DNA from: Acidimicrobiia bacterium
GTDB taxonomy: Bacteria > Actinomycetota > Acidimicrobiia > Spongiisociales > Spongiisociaceae
Direction of reading: 5' to 3'
DNA length: 59,550 bases
NCBI GenBank assembly: GCA_011523395.1
Contig: WTGW01000006.1
Span: 1 to 59,550, forward strand
The position numbers and the translations under genes are program-made. A model generated the notes under the pieces. The model saw nothing but the letters and a program-made list of their open reading frames with translations, searched no databases and was not told the origin of the DNA. How positions within the stretch are numbered: the stretch's first letter is position 1; each line of letters begins with the position of its first letter. This document shows positions 20,911 through 33,569 of the stretch, in pieces.

Positions 20911-21966
20911 GTGGACGGAACATTCCACCGGCTCCGGGTATCGGCGACCCGGGCCGAGACGGAGCGGGCCACCAGCCTGGTCTTCGAGGTTCCCGAAGGG
21001 CTGCGGGAGACCTTTCGCTGGAAGGCCGGTCAGCACGTCACGCTGCGCTTCCACCTCGGTGGTGAAGAGGTACGGAGGCCCTACTCGATCTCCGACAGGC
21101 CGGAGGACGGACTCCTGCGCGTCACCGTCAAGCGTCACCAAGGCGGCCTGGTCTCCAATCACGTGAACGAAGGCGTGGCCGCCGGCGACGTGGTGGATGT
21201 GATGCCTCCCTTCGGCGGCTTCTGCCTGGATCCCGATCCCAGGGCCCGGCGCACCTATTACTTCTTCGGCGCGGGCAGCGGCATCACGCCGTTGTTCGCC
21301 ATGATCGGCTCCGTCCTGGCGTCCGAGCCCCATTCCGTGGCCCGGCTGGCCTATGGCAACGTCGACGCCGGATCGGCCATCTTCCGTGAGGATTTGGCCC
21401 GGATGGAGGAGGGCTCGGAGGGTCGTCTCCGGGTCCGGCACGTGCTGTCGTCTCCCTCCCGGGTGTCATCCCTCGCGCCTTGGAGACGGGGACGCATCGA
21501 CGCCGGGTGCGTGGCCGATTTCATCAACGAGCATCCCCCCTACGCCCAGGACACCCGGTACTACGTCTGCGGCCCGGGAGGGATGAACACCGCCGTCCGG
21601 CGTGCCTTGTTGGACATCGACGTGCCGGACACGCGCATCCACATGGAGAGCTACGGCCCGGTCGAGCCGCCTGACGACTCGGTGGCGGGCGTGGCGGCGG
21701 AGGCCACGGTACGGCTCGGAGGCGCCACCCTCACCGTTCCGGTGGCGGCGGGGCAGACGGTGCTGGGCGCGACCCGGGCCGCCGGCGAGACTCCGCCCTA
21801 CTCGTGCGAGTCAGGCGTCTGCGGCGCCTGCCGGGCACGGCTACGGCGGGGGAGAATCCACCTGAGAGCTCGCATGGCCCTGACCGACGCCGACATCTCC
21901 AGAGGGGCGATCCTCACGTGCCAGGCGCTACCCGTCACCCCTCGGCTCACGGTGGAATACGACTGA
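20911..21966 (+). CDS. FAD/NAD(P)H ferredoxin reductase with C-terminal 2Fe-2S domain (PaaE/KshB-type architecture)
   Basis: RPYSI, GLVSN, GAGSGITP, YVCGP, CESGVCGAC...C. Confidence 0.92.
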   Translation: MDGTFHRLRVSATRAETERATSLVFEVPEGLRETFRWKAGQHVTLRFHLGGEEVRRPYSISDRPEDGLLRVTVKRHQGGLVSNHVNEGVAAGDVVDVMPPFGGFCLDPDPRARRTYYFFGAGSGITPLFAMIGSVLASEPHSVARLAYGNVDAGSAIFREDLARMEEGSEGRLRVRHVLSSPSRVSSLAPWRRGRIDAGCVADFINEHPPYAQDTRYYVCGPGGMNTAVRRALLDIDVPDTRIHMESYGPVEPPDDSVAGVAAEATVRLGGATLTVPVAAGQTVLGATRAAGETPPYSCESGVCGACRARLRRGRIHLRARMALTDADISRGAILTCQALPVTPRLTVEYD

Positions 21967-21994
21967 GAGCCGGCCACCGGACCCGGCCCCCCTG

Positions 21995-23173
21995 CTAGCC
22001 GCCGTGGCGAGCGATCGCCTCGTACAGGGCGGTCGTGAGGGCGCGGGGGCGGGGGTCGGTTCGCGCTTCCATGTACGTCTGGTTCATGGCGTATCCGAAG
22101 CCCACCTCTGCGACCGGGTCGGCGTAGCCGACGGCACCTCCTATGCCCTGCATCCCGAACGTCTCGTCGTTGGGTCCCAGCGACATGCCGCCGCCGATGG
22201 AGCGGCCGTAGCCGAGGGCGACGCGGGAGACGCCTCCGAATAGGGCATCCACGCCCCGGGCCTGTTCGGCCGAGTGGGTGACGACCGACTCCCCGGACAC
22301 GATCCGCACCCCGTCGAGCACGCCTCCCCCGGCCAGCATGGCGTACATGCGGGCCACGCTCCGGGCGTCGCCGATCCCGTTGATGGCAGGGGCCTCCGCC
22401 GTCCAGAAGTCCGGGTCGTTGGCCAGATCGACCGGGCTCCGCCCCGTAGGTCCGATGAAGAGCGCGGCCGCGGCGGGGTTAGCGGGCCCCCAGATGGCCC
22501 TCAGGAGGTCGGCCGCAGGGTCGGGATCGTGCAGGAGCCGGGCCACCCGCCCGTGCTGCTCGACGGGAAGCCCGATCCACAGGTCCAAGCCGAGCGGGCG
22601 GGCCACCTCGTCCGCGAAGAACGTCCCGAGAGTGCGGCCGTCGATCCGCCGCACCAGCTCGCCCACCAGCCAGCCGTAGCTGATCGAGTGGTAGCCGAGG
22701 GTGGTACCCGGCTCCCAGGCCAAGGGTGCGGCGGCGAGGCGGGCCGCGATCTCATCAGTGCGATGCCACCCCGCCTGGTCGTCGCCGCTCACGACATCCC
22801 AGTACCGGGGGAACGACGGAAGCCCGAGCGTGTGGCTGAGGATATGCCGTACGAGCGCCCTGTCCTTGCCCTGTGCGGCGAACTCGGGCCAGTAGGCGGC
22901 TACCGGGGCGTCGAGATCCATCAGACCGCGGTCGGCCAGGATCTGGGCCACCAGGGCCGTTGGCCCCTTCGTAACCGAGAAAAGGAAGACGAGCGTGTCA
23001 TGTGTCCACGGGCGCTCCGGCGTGGCCATCCCCGCCCACAGGTTGACCACGCAGTCGCCCCCCACGTATGCGCAGAACTCGGCCCCCACCTCGCCCCGGA
23101 TGGCGAAGTTCTCTTCGAACGCGTCTACGACTCGTTCGAAGCCGGCGGCTGCGTGCCCACTGATGTCGGTCAC
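21995..23173 (-). CDS. Serine hydrolase, beta-lactamase/esterase family
   Basis: FSVTK (SxxK), LSHTLGL, GYH; start moved to GTG 23173 because the longer ORF overlaps glyA. Confidence 0.88.
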   Translation of the reverse strand: MTDISGHAAAGFERVVDAFEENFAIRGEVGAEFCAYVGGDCVVNLWAGMATPERPWTHDTLVFLFSVTKGPTALVAQILADRGLMDLDAPVAAYWPEFAAQGKDRALVRHILSHTLGLPSFPRYWDVVSGDDQAGWHRTDEIAARLAAAPLAWEPGTTLGYHSISYGWLVGELVRRIDGRTLGTFFADEVARPLGLDLWIGLPVEQHGRVARLLHDPDPAADLLRAIWGPANPAAAALFIGPTGRSPVDLANDPDFWTAEAPAINGIGDARSVARMYAMLAGGGVLDGVRIVSGESVVTHSAEQARGVDALFGGVSRVALGYGRSIGGGMSLGPNDETFGMQGIGGAVGYADPVAEVGFGYAMNQTYMEARTDPRPRALTTALYEAIARHGG

Positions 23174-23321
23174 TGTCGGCGTCTCACCCGAGAAGGACAC
23201 TACGAGGACGCTCCGCCGCCGCGCAAGGGAGCTGGCATGACAGCCCCTTGCAGCATCCGATTCCAGCGCCGCACTAGTACCCTGGGGCCGCGTCCAGAGC
23301 GGAGGTGACGGCATCACCGAC

Positions 23322-24584
23322 ATGCGACCGATCGAGCAGGTCGACTCCGAGGTAGCGGACCTCATCAGCCGGGATGTGGCCCGCCAGAACACCCACATCC
23401 ACCTGATCGCGTCGGAGAACTTCGCCTCGCCCGCCGTCATGGAGGCGTGCGGATCGATCTACACCAACAAGTACGCGGAGGGCTACCCCGGGCGGCGCTA
23501 CTACGAGGGCTGCGAGTGGGTGGACGGCCTCGAGAGCCTGGCCATCCACCGGGCCAAGGCGCTGTTCGGCGCGGAGTACGTCAACGTCCAACCCCACTCC
23601 GGCGCCCAGGCCAACATGGGGGTCTACTTCGCGCATCTCGAACCGGGCGACACGGTGCTCGGCCTCAGCCTGGCCGAGGGCGGCCACCTGACCCACGGCT
23701 CGCCGGTGAACTTCTCCGGCCGCCTCTACCGGTTCGTGGCCTACGGGGTCGATCGCCACACCGAGCGGATCGACATGGACGAGGTGAGGGCCAAGGCGCT
23801 CGAACACCGTCCCAAGATCGTCCTCGCCGGCTACTCCGCCTATTCCCGCCACCTCGACTACGACGCCTTCCGGTCCATCGCCGACGAGATCGGGGCGCTG
23901 CTGATGGTGGACGCGGCCCACTTCATCGGCCTGGTGGCGGGCGGGGCGTCGCCCAATCCCGTGCCGATCGCCGACATCGTCACAGCCACCACCCACAAGG
24001 CGCTCCGGGGACCCCGGGGCGGCATGATCATGGCCAAGGAGCAGTACGGGGCCGGTCTCAACAAGGCGGTCTTCCCCGACATGCAAGGCGGGCCCATCAT
24101 CAGCCAGATCGCAGGCAAGGCGGTCTGCTTCCGGGAGGCCTCGACGGAGGCCTACCAGGCCTACGCCCACCAGATCGTGGCCAACGCCTCGGCCATGGCC
24201 GGAGCGTTCATGGAGCGCGGGGTGCGGGTGGTCTCGGGCGGCACTGACAACCACCTGCTACTGCTCGACATGCGGTCCATCGACGAGGACCTGACCGGCA
24301 AGGAAGCCTCGACCCTCCTCGACTCGATCGGGATCACCCTGAACCGGAACGGCATTCCGTTCGACCCGAGGCCGCCCTTCATCACCAGCGGCCTCCGCAT
24401 CGGCACGCCCGGCATCACCACCTGCGGGATGGAAGAAGCCGAGGCGGCCCGGATCGCCGCCCTGATCACCCGCGCCCTCCGGCACCGGACAGAAGAGGCG
24501 ATAGTCAGAGAGGTCCAGACCGACGTGGCGGAACTGGCCTCGGCCTTCCCCCCCTATCCCCCCGACTTCCCCGGCCACGTCTAG
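23322..24584 (+). CDS. glyA: Serine hydroxymethyltransferase
   Basis: LIASEN, NKYAEGYPGRRYY, GGHLTHGS, TTHK PLP lysine. Confidence 0.97.
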   Translation: MRPIEQVDSEVADLISRDVARQNTHIHLIASENFASPAVMEACGSIYTNKYAEGYPGRRYYEGCEWVDGLESLAIHRAKALFGAEYVNVQPHSGAQANMGVYFAHLEPGDTVLGLSLAEGGHLTHGSPVNFSGRLYRFVAYGVDRHTERIDMDEVRAKALEHRPKIVLAGYSAYSRHLDYDAFRSIADEIGALLMVDAAHFIGLVAGGASPNPVPIADIVTATTHKALRGPRGGMIMAKEQYGAGLNKAVFPDMQGGPIISQIAGKAVCFREASTEAYQAYAHQIVANASAMAGAFMERGVRVVSGGTDNHLLLLDMRSIDEDLTGKEASTLLDSIGITLNRNGIPFDPRPPFITSGLRIGTPGITTCGMEEAEAARIAALITRALRHRTEEAIVREVQTDVAELASAFPPYPPDFPGHV

Positions 24585-24623
24585 CCGCTCAAGAGCCGTC
24601 CCCGCGAGGGTTGGCTGGACGAG

Positions 24624-24663
24624 AATCTAAGGTGCAACTTTAGATTATCATGATAATCTAAAG
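24624..24663. promoter_or_regulatory. AT-rich operator-like palindrome with a third half-site
   Basis: Perfect 26-bp palindrome CTTTAGATTATCA/TGATAATCTAAAG (24638-24663) plus AATCTAA at 24624; ends 3 bp before the ATG at 24667. Confidence 0.7.
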
Positions 24664-24666
24664 GAC

Positions 24667-25818
24667 ATGTTTAGACGATCATTGCTGCTGCCGCCGCCGG
24701 GGACGGAGACTTTCTTTCTCTGGGGGCCGCGGCAGGTGGGCAAGAGCACGTTGCTCAGGCAGCGGTATCCCGACGGTGTGTGGGTCGATCTGCTCAAGGC
24801 CGACGAGTTCCGCCGCTATGCGGGGCGTCCTGAGTTGCTGCGCCAGGAGCTTGAGGCGGCGGGTCCGGATCCGTCCCGGCACGTGGTCATCGACGAGGTC
24901 CAGAAAGTGCCCGCACTGCTCGACGAGGTGCACTGGCTGATCGAGAACCGCGGGCTGTGCTTCGCGCTGTGCGGGTCCAGCGCGCGCAAGGTGCGGCGCG
25001 GTGCGGCCAACCTGTTGGGCGGGCGCGCCCTGCGTTACGATCTGCGCGGTCTCACCGCCGGAGAGATCGGGGAGGGCTTCGACCTCGACCGGGTACTCAA
25101 CCACGGCTACCTGCCCAGGATGTACCAGTCCGCCCGGCCCCGGCGCCTACTCGACGCCTACATCGGAGACTATTTGCGCCAGGAGGTCGCTGCCGAGGGC
25201 CTGGTGCGGAACCTACCCGCGTTCTCGGACTTCCTCGACGCGGCCGCCCTGAGCGACGGCGACCCCGTCAACTACTCGAACATCGCCCGCGACTGCGGTG
25301 TGTCGGGACCCACCGCCAAGGCATACTTCGGCATCCTCGAGGACACGTTGCTGGCGCGGCGACTGCCCCGCTGGCGGCGGCGGGCGAAGCGCCGCCTTGC
25401 CGGAGCGCCGAAGCTCTACTTCGAGGACGTGGGGGTTGTGAACCGCCTGGCCCGCCGTGGAGAGCTCGAACGGGGCACGGATCGGTACGGCAAGGCGTTC
25501 GAGAACTGGGTCTTCCACGAGCTTTCCGCCTTCATCGCCTACCGCGACCGCGACGAGGAACTGGCCTACTGGAGACTCCCCAGCGGCATCGAGGTCGATT
25601 TCGTGATCGGCGACATGCGCCTCGCAGTCGAGGCGAAGGCGAGCGCCCGGATCGGCAGCCAGCACCTCAAGGGACTCCGCACCCTGGCCGAGGAACACCC
25701 CGGTGTGCGCCGGATCATGGTGTGCCTCGAACCCCGCCCGCGCCGCACCGACGACGGCATCGACATCCTCCCGGCGACAGACTTCGCTCGCCGCCTCTGG
25801 CAGGGTGACCTTGATTAG
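24667..25818 (+). CDS. AAA_14 ATPase with DUF4143 and C-terminal PD-(D/E)xK-like domain
   Basis: GPRQVGKST, IDEVQK, GSSA, PKLYFEDVG, FENWV, EVDF...VEAK. Confidence 0.88.
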   Translation: MFRRSLLLPPPGTETFFLWGPRQVGKSTLLRQRYPDGVWVDLLKADEFRRYAGRPELLRQELEAAGPDPSRHVVIDEVQKVPALLDEVHWLIENRGLCFALCGSSARKVRRGAANLLGGRALRYDLRGLTAGEIGEGFDLDRVLNHGYLPRMYQSARPRRLLDAYIGDYLRQEVAAEGLVRNLPAFSDFLDAAALSDGDPVNYSNIARDCGVSGPTAKAYFGILEDTLLARRLPRWRRRAKRRLAGAPKLYFEDVGVVNRLARRGELERGTDRYGKAFENWVFHELSAFIAYRDRDEELAYWRLPSGIEVDFVIGDMRLAVEAKASARIGSQHLKGLRTLAEEHPGVRRIMVCLEPRPRRTDDGIDILPATDFARRLWQGDLD

Positions 25819-25997
25819 TCCCCACCTCGGAGTGGGACCTTCGGAGATGTGGGATCAAAGTTGGAAGACGCACCGCGCGATCGACCCACCGAGGTGGTGC
25901 CAACGCCCGACGTCGGATCTCGAATCTGTCCATCCGCGATACATCGAGCGGCTCTTAGTAACCGGCGATCAGCCCGGGCGGCACCCCTCTGCTGATT

Positions 25998-26336
25998 GTG
26001 AAGCTGATCACAAGCTTGCTACGATCCGGGCCGATGCCCGAGCCCGTCGGCCAGCACCACTCCCAAGCGGAAACTCCCAGGTCACCTGCGGATTCAGCCC
26101 TCCGGACAGCACATGCCGGGGTTACCTCAGCAGTGGCTGACGGATGGGTTGCAGGAGGCTCCTTCTTCGGTTCGATTATGGCCGGCACCCTGCTGGGCTG
26201 GCTTGCCGATCGATGGCTCGATACCGAACCTTGGCTCATCGTGGCCGGCATCGTCCTGGGATCCGTCAACGGGTTCTATCGCCTGTGGATGGTGGGCAGG
26301 ATCCCCACCGGGAAGCAGCCCGTTGCCGGCCGCTGA
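25998..26336 (+). CDS. AtpZ/AtpI-family small membrane protein
   Basis: GWLADRWLDTEPWL motif; first gene of the atp operon; start uncertain. Confidence 0.8.
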   Translation: MKLITSLLRSGPMPEPVGQHHSQAETPRSPADSALRTAHAGVTSAVADGWVAGGSFFGSIMAGTLLGWLADRWLDTEPWLIVAGIVLGSVNGFYRLWMVGRIPTGKQPVAGR

Positions 26337-26364
26337 GACCCCTACCACGCACCCCAATGGCGGT

Positions 26365-26841
26365 GTGACCCGCCGCGAGGTCGAGGACTATCTGGCGGGC
26401 CGCCCTCCGGTCGAGCTGAACCTGGTGCGTTCCCTCCTGCGCCGCGTCGTGGTGGTGGGCCCGCTCGCGGTGGTGATGGCGGGCCTGATCAGGGGCCTCG
26501 ACGGCGCCGTCGCCGCGGCCATAGGGGTCGTCCTGGTGGTCGGCTACTACCTGCTGTCGGGGGCGCTGATGTCCTGGTTGGCTAGGGTGTCGCTCGGGGC
26601 CTATCATGCCGGTGCCCTCTTCGGGTTCGTGGCACGCCTCGGCCTGATAGTGGCAACGATGCTGGCTGTGGCAGCCCTCTTCGATGTGGATCGTCCGGCG
26701 CTCGGCCTGACCGTGATCGCGACCTACATGGTGTTGCTCCTCTGGGAGGCGGGAACGCGCGGGAGCCGGCGAGCCAGCAGATCCGGCAAGGCGTGGAAGG
26801 CCGGGACGGCGAGAGGAAGGAGTGATCGATCGCATGGGTGA
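26365..26841 (+). CDS. atpI: ATP synthase subunit I (four TM)
   Basis: Four hydrophobic helices immediately before atpB; GTG start inferred. Confidence 0.75.
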   Translation: MTRREVEDYLAGRPPVELNLVRSLLRRVVVVGPLAVVMAGLIRGLDGAVAAAIGVVLVVGYYLLSGALMSWLARVSLGAYHAGALFGFVARLGLIVATMLAVAALFDVDRPALGLTVIATYMVLLLWEAGTRGSRRASRSGKAWKAGTARGRSDRSHG

Positions 26842-27658
26842 GGTGATGATTCTGGCGATCGACTGTGACCTCGAGGCCGAGGTCATATGCGCGCCCACCG
26901 ACGTGAACAGCCTCTTCGAGTTCACCACGCCGCTGTTCTCGATAGGCGGGTTCCACTTCACCCGAACCGTCTTCCTGATCTTCGCCGCCATGGCCATCGT
27001 CCTGGGGCTCCTCTACTTCGGCCTGCGCCGCGGGCAGCTGGTCCCCTCCAAGTACGAGTTGGCGATAGAGAGCCTGGTGGGCTTCGTCCGGGACGACATC
27101 GCCAAGGGCGTGATCGGACCGGTGCACGGGATGCGCTACTTCCCCTACCTCCTGTCGGTCTTCTTCTTCCTGCTGGTGGGGAACCTCTTCAAGGTCACTC
27201 CGCTGGTGAACTTCCCCATCAGCTCGCGGATGGCCCTCTCCGGCTTCCTGGCCATCCTCACCTGGGTGATCTTCGTGTTCGTGGGCTTCGCCAAGAACGG
27301 CTTCAAGCACTACTTCTTCGATGCCCTCTGGCCGAAGTCGGTCCCCATCGCTATGCGCTGGCTGGTCGGGCTCATCGAGATCGTCTCGACCTTCGTGCTC
27401 CGACCCGTGACCCTGGCAGTGCGGCTGTTCGCCAACATGGTGGCCGGGCACCTCATGCTGACCCTGCTGCTCGTGTCGGGCCTGCTCTTCGTGGCCGGCG
27501 TGGGCGACATCGGCCTCAAGGCGGGTATCGGAGTCATCTGGTTCGCCTTCGGGCTGGCCATCTGGATCTTCGAATTTGTGGTGGCGGTGCTTCAGGCCTA
27601 CATCTTCACCCTGCTCTCCGCGGTCTACATCCAGACCTCGCTTGAGCCGGCCCACTGA
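26822..27658 (+). CDS. atpB: F0 subunit a
   Basis: RPVTLAVRLFANMVAGH, LQAYIF; start may be slightly downstream. Confidence 0.95.
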   Translation: MIDRMGEVMILAIDCDLEAEVICAPTDVNSLFEFTTPLFSIGGFHFTRTVFLIFAAMAIVLGLLYFGLRRGQLVPSKYELAIESLVGFVRDDIAKGVIGPVHGMRYFPYLLSVFFFLLVGNLFKVTPLVNFPISSRMALSGFLAILTWVIFVFVGFAKNGFKHYFFDALWPKSVPIAMRWLVGLIEIVSTFVLRPVTLAVRLFANMVAGHLMLTLLLVSGLLFVAGVGDIGLKAGIGVIWFAFGLAIWIFEFVVAVLQAYIFTLLSAVYIQTSLEPAH

Positions 27659-27713
27659 CGGTTAGCGAGCCGGACACGGGCGCACGGGCCTAACGACAAA
27701 AGTGACGAAATAG

Positions 27714-28006
<293 letters not shown>

Positions 28007-28007
<1 letters not shown>

Positions 28008-28576
28008 TGGTGACCTCGAACAGGCGATACATGGCGGCGGCGCCCCTGGTGGTGGCTGCCGAAGAGTCGGGAAGCAGCGGGATCGACCTGCTGCGGCCCG
28101 AGATGTCGGAATTGATCGCGGGTGTCATCGCCTTCGCGATCATCTTCTTCTTCGTCTGGCGATGGGTCGTGCCCACCTTGAGCGCCACGCTTGCCCGCCG
28201 CCAGGAGGCCGAGCGGTCCCGTCTCGAGGCGGCCGAGAACACCAAGGAGGAAGCCGAACAGCTGGCCTCCCAGTACCGCGAACAGTTGGCCGGCGCCAAG
28301 GACGAAGGGGCCCGCATTGTCGACGAGGCCCGCCAGGCGGCCGAGTCGGTGCGTGCCGAGACGATCGCCAGGGCGCAGCAGGAAGCGGACGAGATCGTGG
28401 CCAGGGCTCGCGATGAGGCGAACGCGGAGACCGCCCGCGCCCTCGCGGAAGCCCGCACCACGGTGGCCGGCCTGTCGGTCGACCTGGCCGAGAAGGTGGT
28501 CGGCCGCAACCTCGACCGGGAGACCCAGATGGACCTGGTCGAGGACTATCTCGCGGAGCTGGAGTCGAGCAAGTAG
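28007..28576 (+). CDS. atpF: F0 subunit b
   Basis: N-terminal TM followed by a long charged coiled coil; operon position. Confidence 0.92.
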
Positions 28577-28616
28577 TGGAATACGCGCACACCGCCACTC
28601 CACAGTCAGGCTGCTG

Positions 28617-29150
28617 ATGGCCGACGCACGGATTCAGGGTTACGCCGCCGCCATCTTCGAGTTGGCCCGCGGCGAGGGTGTCCTGGAGCGGGTCGAGAAC
28701 GAACTGTTCCTGGTGGCCCGGGCATTGGAGGGTTCCGAGGACCTGAGGGAGGCGCTCAGCGACCCGCGCCTGCCGATGGAACGCAAGCAGGCGGTGATCG
28801 ACGACCTCCTGGCTGCCCGCGCCCACCGTCTCACCGTCGCCTTCGTGAGCTTCGCGGTGGGGCTGGGTCGGGGCGAGGACCTGACGGCGATAGCCGACCA
28901 GTTCACGGCCCGCTCGGCCGAGGCGCGAGATCGGGCCGTCGCAGAGGTGCGGAGCGCGGTCCCGCTGGATGACGAGACCGTCGATCGCCTGGCCCGGGCC
29001 CTGGCCGAGCGGATCGGCAATCAAGTGGAGGTTCGGGTGGTGGTCGACGAGTCGGTCCTCGGTGGTCTGGTTGCCCGGGTGGGCGACACCGTGATCGACG
29101 GCTCCGTCCGCAAGCGTCTGGAACGGCTACGCGAGGCGGTGGCCGGATGA
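28617..29150 (+). CDS. atpH: F1 subunit delta
   Basis: [33 protein letters not shown]; ATG at 28617. Confidence 0.93.
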   Translation: MADARIQGYAAAIFELARGEGVLERVENELFLVARALEGSEDLREALSDPRLPMERKQAVIDDLLAARAHRLTVAFVSFAVGLGRGEDLTAIADQFTARSAEARDRAVAEVRSAVPLDDETVDRLARALAERIGNQVEVRVVVDESVLGGLVARVGDTVIDGSVRKRLERLREAVAG

Positions 29151-29202
29151 CCGGACTTGCCCCCGAAACAAGGTCAACCGAGATTCAGGAGTGGAGTATT
29201 CG

Positions 29203-30735
29203 ATGGCTCAACTGACCATTAGTCCCGATGACATAACCGCCGCGCTCCGGGAGCATGTGGAGAGCTGGTCGCCCAGCCTCGAGCAGGAGACAGTCGGTTA
29301 CGTGACCTCGGTCGCCGACGGCGTGGCCCGGGTCTCCGGACTCCCCAACGCGGCCGCCTCGGAGCTGATGGAGTTCCCGGGAGGCCTGCTCGGCGTGACC
29401 CTCAACCTCGACGAGGAGGATCTCGGAGTGGTGTTGATGGGCGACGCCTCCCACATCGAGGAGGGCGACGCGGTCCGCCAGACCGGACGCGTCCTCTCGG
29501 TTCCCGTGGGCGACGGGCTGCTGGGACGGGTGGTCGGCCCGCTGGGCGAGCCCCTGGACGGCAAGGGGGACATCCCCTCGACCGAGCGCCGCCTGCTGGA
29601 GACGCAGGCGCCGTCGGTGGTGCAACGCCAGCCCGTAACCGAGCCGCTCCAGACCGGCATCAAGGCGATCGACTCGATGACGCCGATCGGTCGGGGGCAG
29701 CGCCAGCTCATCATCGGCGACCGCCAGACCGGCAAGACCGCCATCGTGGTCGACACGATCATCAACCAGAAGCAGTTCCAGGGCACTCCCGACGAGGTCA
29801 AGTGCATCTACGTGGCGATCGGCCAGAAGGCCTCGACGGTCGCCGAGGTGGTGGCCGCCCTCGAGGAGGCCGGCGCCATGGAGTACACGGTGGTGGTGAC
29901 GGCCGCGGCCTCGGAGCCGCCGGCCCTCCAGATGTACGCGCCGTATGCCGGCTCCGCCATCGGCCAGCACTGGATGTACAACGGTCAGCACGCCCTGGTC
30001 ATCTTCGACGACCTGTCCAAGCAGGCGGTGGCCTACCGCGAGATCTCCCTCCTCCTGAGGCGCCCGCCGGGACGTGAAGCCTTCCCCGGCGACGTCTTCT
30101 ACCTGCACAGCCGGTTGCTGGAACGCTGCGCCAAGCTGTCGGACGAGATGGGCGGGGGATCCCTCACCGGCCTGCCGCTGATCGAGACCAAGGCCAACGA
30201 CGTGTCGGCCTACATCCCCACCAACGTGATCTCGATCACCGACGGCCAGATCTTCTTGGAGACCGACCTCTTCTTCGCGGGCATCCGTCCCGCCATGAAC
30301 GCCGGCATCTCGGTGTCGCGGGTGGGTGGCAACGCCCAGATCAGCGCCATGAAGAAGGTTGCCGGAACCCTGCGGCTCAACCTGGCCCAGTACCGCGAGC
30401 TGGAGGCCTTCGCCGAGTTCGGCTCCGAGCTGGACGCCGTGTCGCTGGCCCAGCTGGAGCGGGGCCGCCGGGTGGTCGAGGTCCTCAAGCAGCCCCAGTT
30501 TGCCCCCGTCCCGGTGGAGGAGCAGGTGCTGGCCATCTACGCGGTGACCCAGGGCCTCTTCGACGGAATCCCCGCCGAGGACATCTCGAGGGCCGAGCGA
30601 GAGCTGCGGGAGTTCGTGCGGGTACGGCACGGTCACCTGCTCGACAGCATCAAGCGCACCGGAAAGCTCCCCGACGCCGAGGCGCTGGAAGAAGCCATCT
30701 CGGCCTTCAAGGACTCCTTCGGGGGAGGGGAGTAG
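29203..30735 (+). CDS. atpA: F1 subunit alpha
   Basis: [31 protein letters not shown]. Confidence 0.98.
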   Translation: MAQLTISPDDITAALREHVESWSPSLEQETVGYVTSVADGVARVSGLPNAAASELMEFPGGLLGVTLNLDEEDLGVVLMGDASHIEEGDAVRQTGRVLSVPVGDGLLGRVVGPLGEPLDGKGDIPSTERRLLETQAPSVVQRQPVTEPLQTGIKAIDSMTPIGRGQRQLIIGDRQTGKTAIVVDTIINQKQFQGTPDEVKCIYVAIGQKASTVAEVVAALEEAGAMEYTVVVTAAASEPPALQMYAPYAGSAIGQHWMYNGQHALVIFDDLSKQAVAYREISLLLRRPPGREAFPGDVFYLHSRLLERCAKLSDEMGGGSLTGLPLIETKANDVSAYIPTNVISITDGQIFLETDLFFAGIRPAMNAGISVSRVGGNAQISAMKKVAGTLRLNLAQYRELEAFAEFGSELDAVSLAQLERGRRVVEVLKQPQFAPVPVEEQVLAIYAVTQGLFDGIPAEDISRAERELREFVRVRHGHLLDSIKRTGKLPDAEALEEAISAFKDSFGGGE

Positions 30736-30744
30736 CGCCCCGGA

Positions 30745-33073
<2,329 letters not shown>

Positions 33074-33093
33074 TGGTAGTCGCCTCGACCTCC

Positions 33094-33348
33094 ATGAAGG
33101 TCGACGTGGTCTCCCCCGAGGCCGTGTTGTGGTCCGGCGAGGCCGAGTTCGTGGTGGCCAGAACGGTGGAAGGCGAGATCGGCATCCTCGCCAACCACGA
33201 GCCCGTGATGGCGGCCCTAGCCGCCGGAACGGTCAACATCCAAGCCGGCGAGGACCGCATCAAGGCAACGGTGGGCGGAGGCTTCCTCCAGATCCTCAAC
33301 AACGCCGTGACGTTGCTAGTCGACGAGGCAACCCTCGAAGAAGACTGA
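33094..33348 (+). CDS. atpC: F1 subunit epsilon, short form (beta-sandwich only, 84 aa)
   Basis: VDVVSPE, GEIGILANHEP, GGFLQI; ends at VTLLVDEATLEED; alternative GTG start at 33073. Confidence 0.92.
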   Translation: MKVDVVSPEAVLWSGEAEFVVARTVEGEIGILANHEPVMAALAAGTVNIQAGEDRIKATVGGGFLQILNNAVTLLVDEATLEED

Positions 33349-33411
33349 ACCTCAGGGATGGGGCGAGGCATCCTTGATCGCCCCATGCCCAACCATCCCA
33401 GCCTCAAGAGA

Positions 33412-33551
33412 TACGAGGCGAGCCGGTGCCGGGTGAGGCAGTGTGCCACCACCTGATAGTCGATGCTTGGCATCGGTCGCACAGCGGCGATACAGTAGGC
33501 CCCGAAGACCCCGGAACCGTCCCTGCCTAGGCAAACGGCCGGGGTTACGCC
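33412..33551 (-). repeat. Copy 1 of a ~140-bp diverged direct repeat: structured hairpin followed by a decayed ORF stub
   Basis: Aligns with 43037-43175; terminal ~45 nt differ at only 2 positions. Confidence 0.85.
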
Positions 33552-33569
33552 CATGCCGGGCCGCCCCAT

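Noticed and set aside
23174-23321. ZMP/ZTP or glycine riboswitch upstream of glyA
   Set aside because: No consensus elements visible in this short divergent spacer.
33420-33460. GAGCCGG.. as group II intron domain V
   Set aside because: The 3' strand of the domain V stem is absent and there is no reverse transcriptase; a coding relic on the minus strand explains it better.
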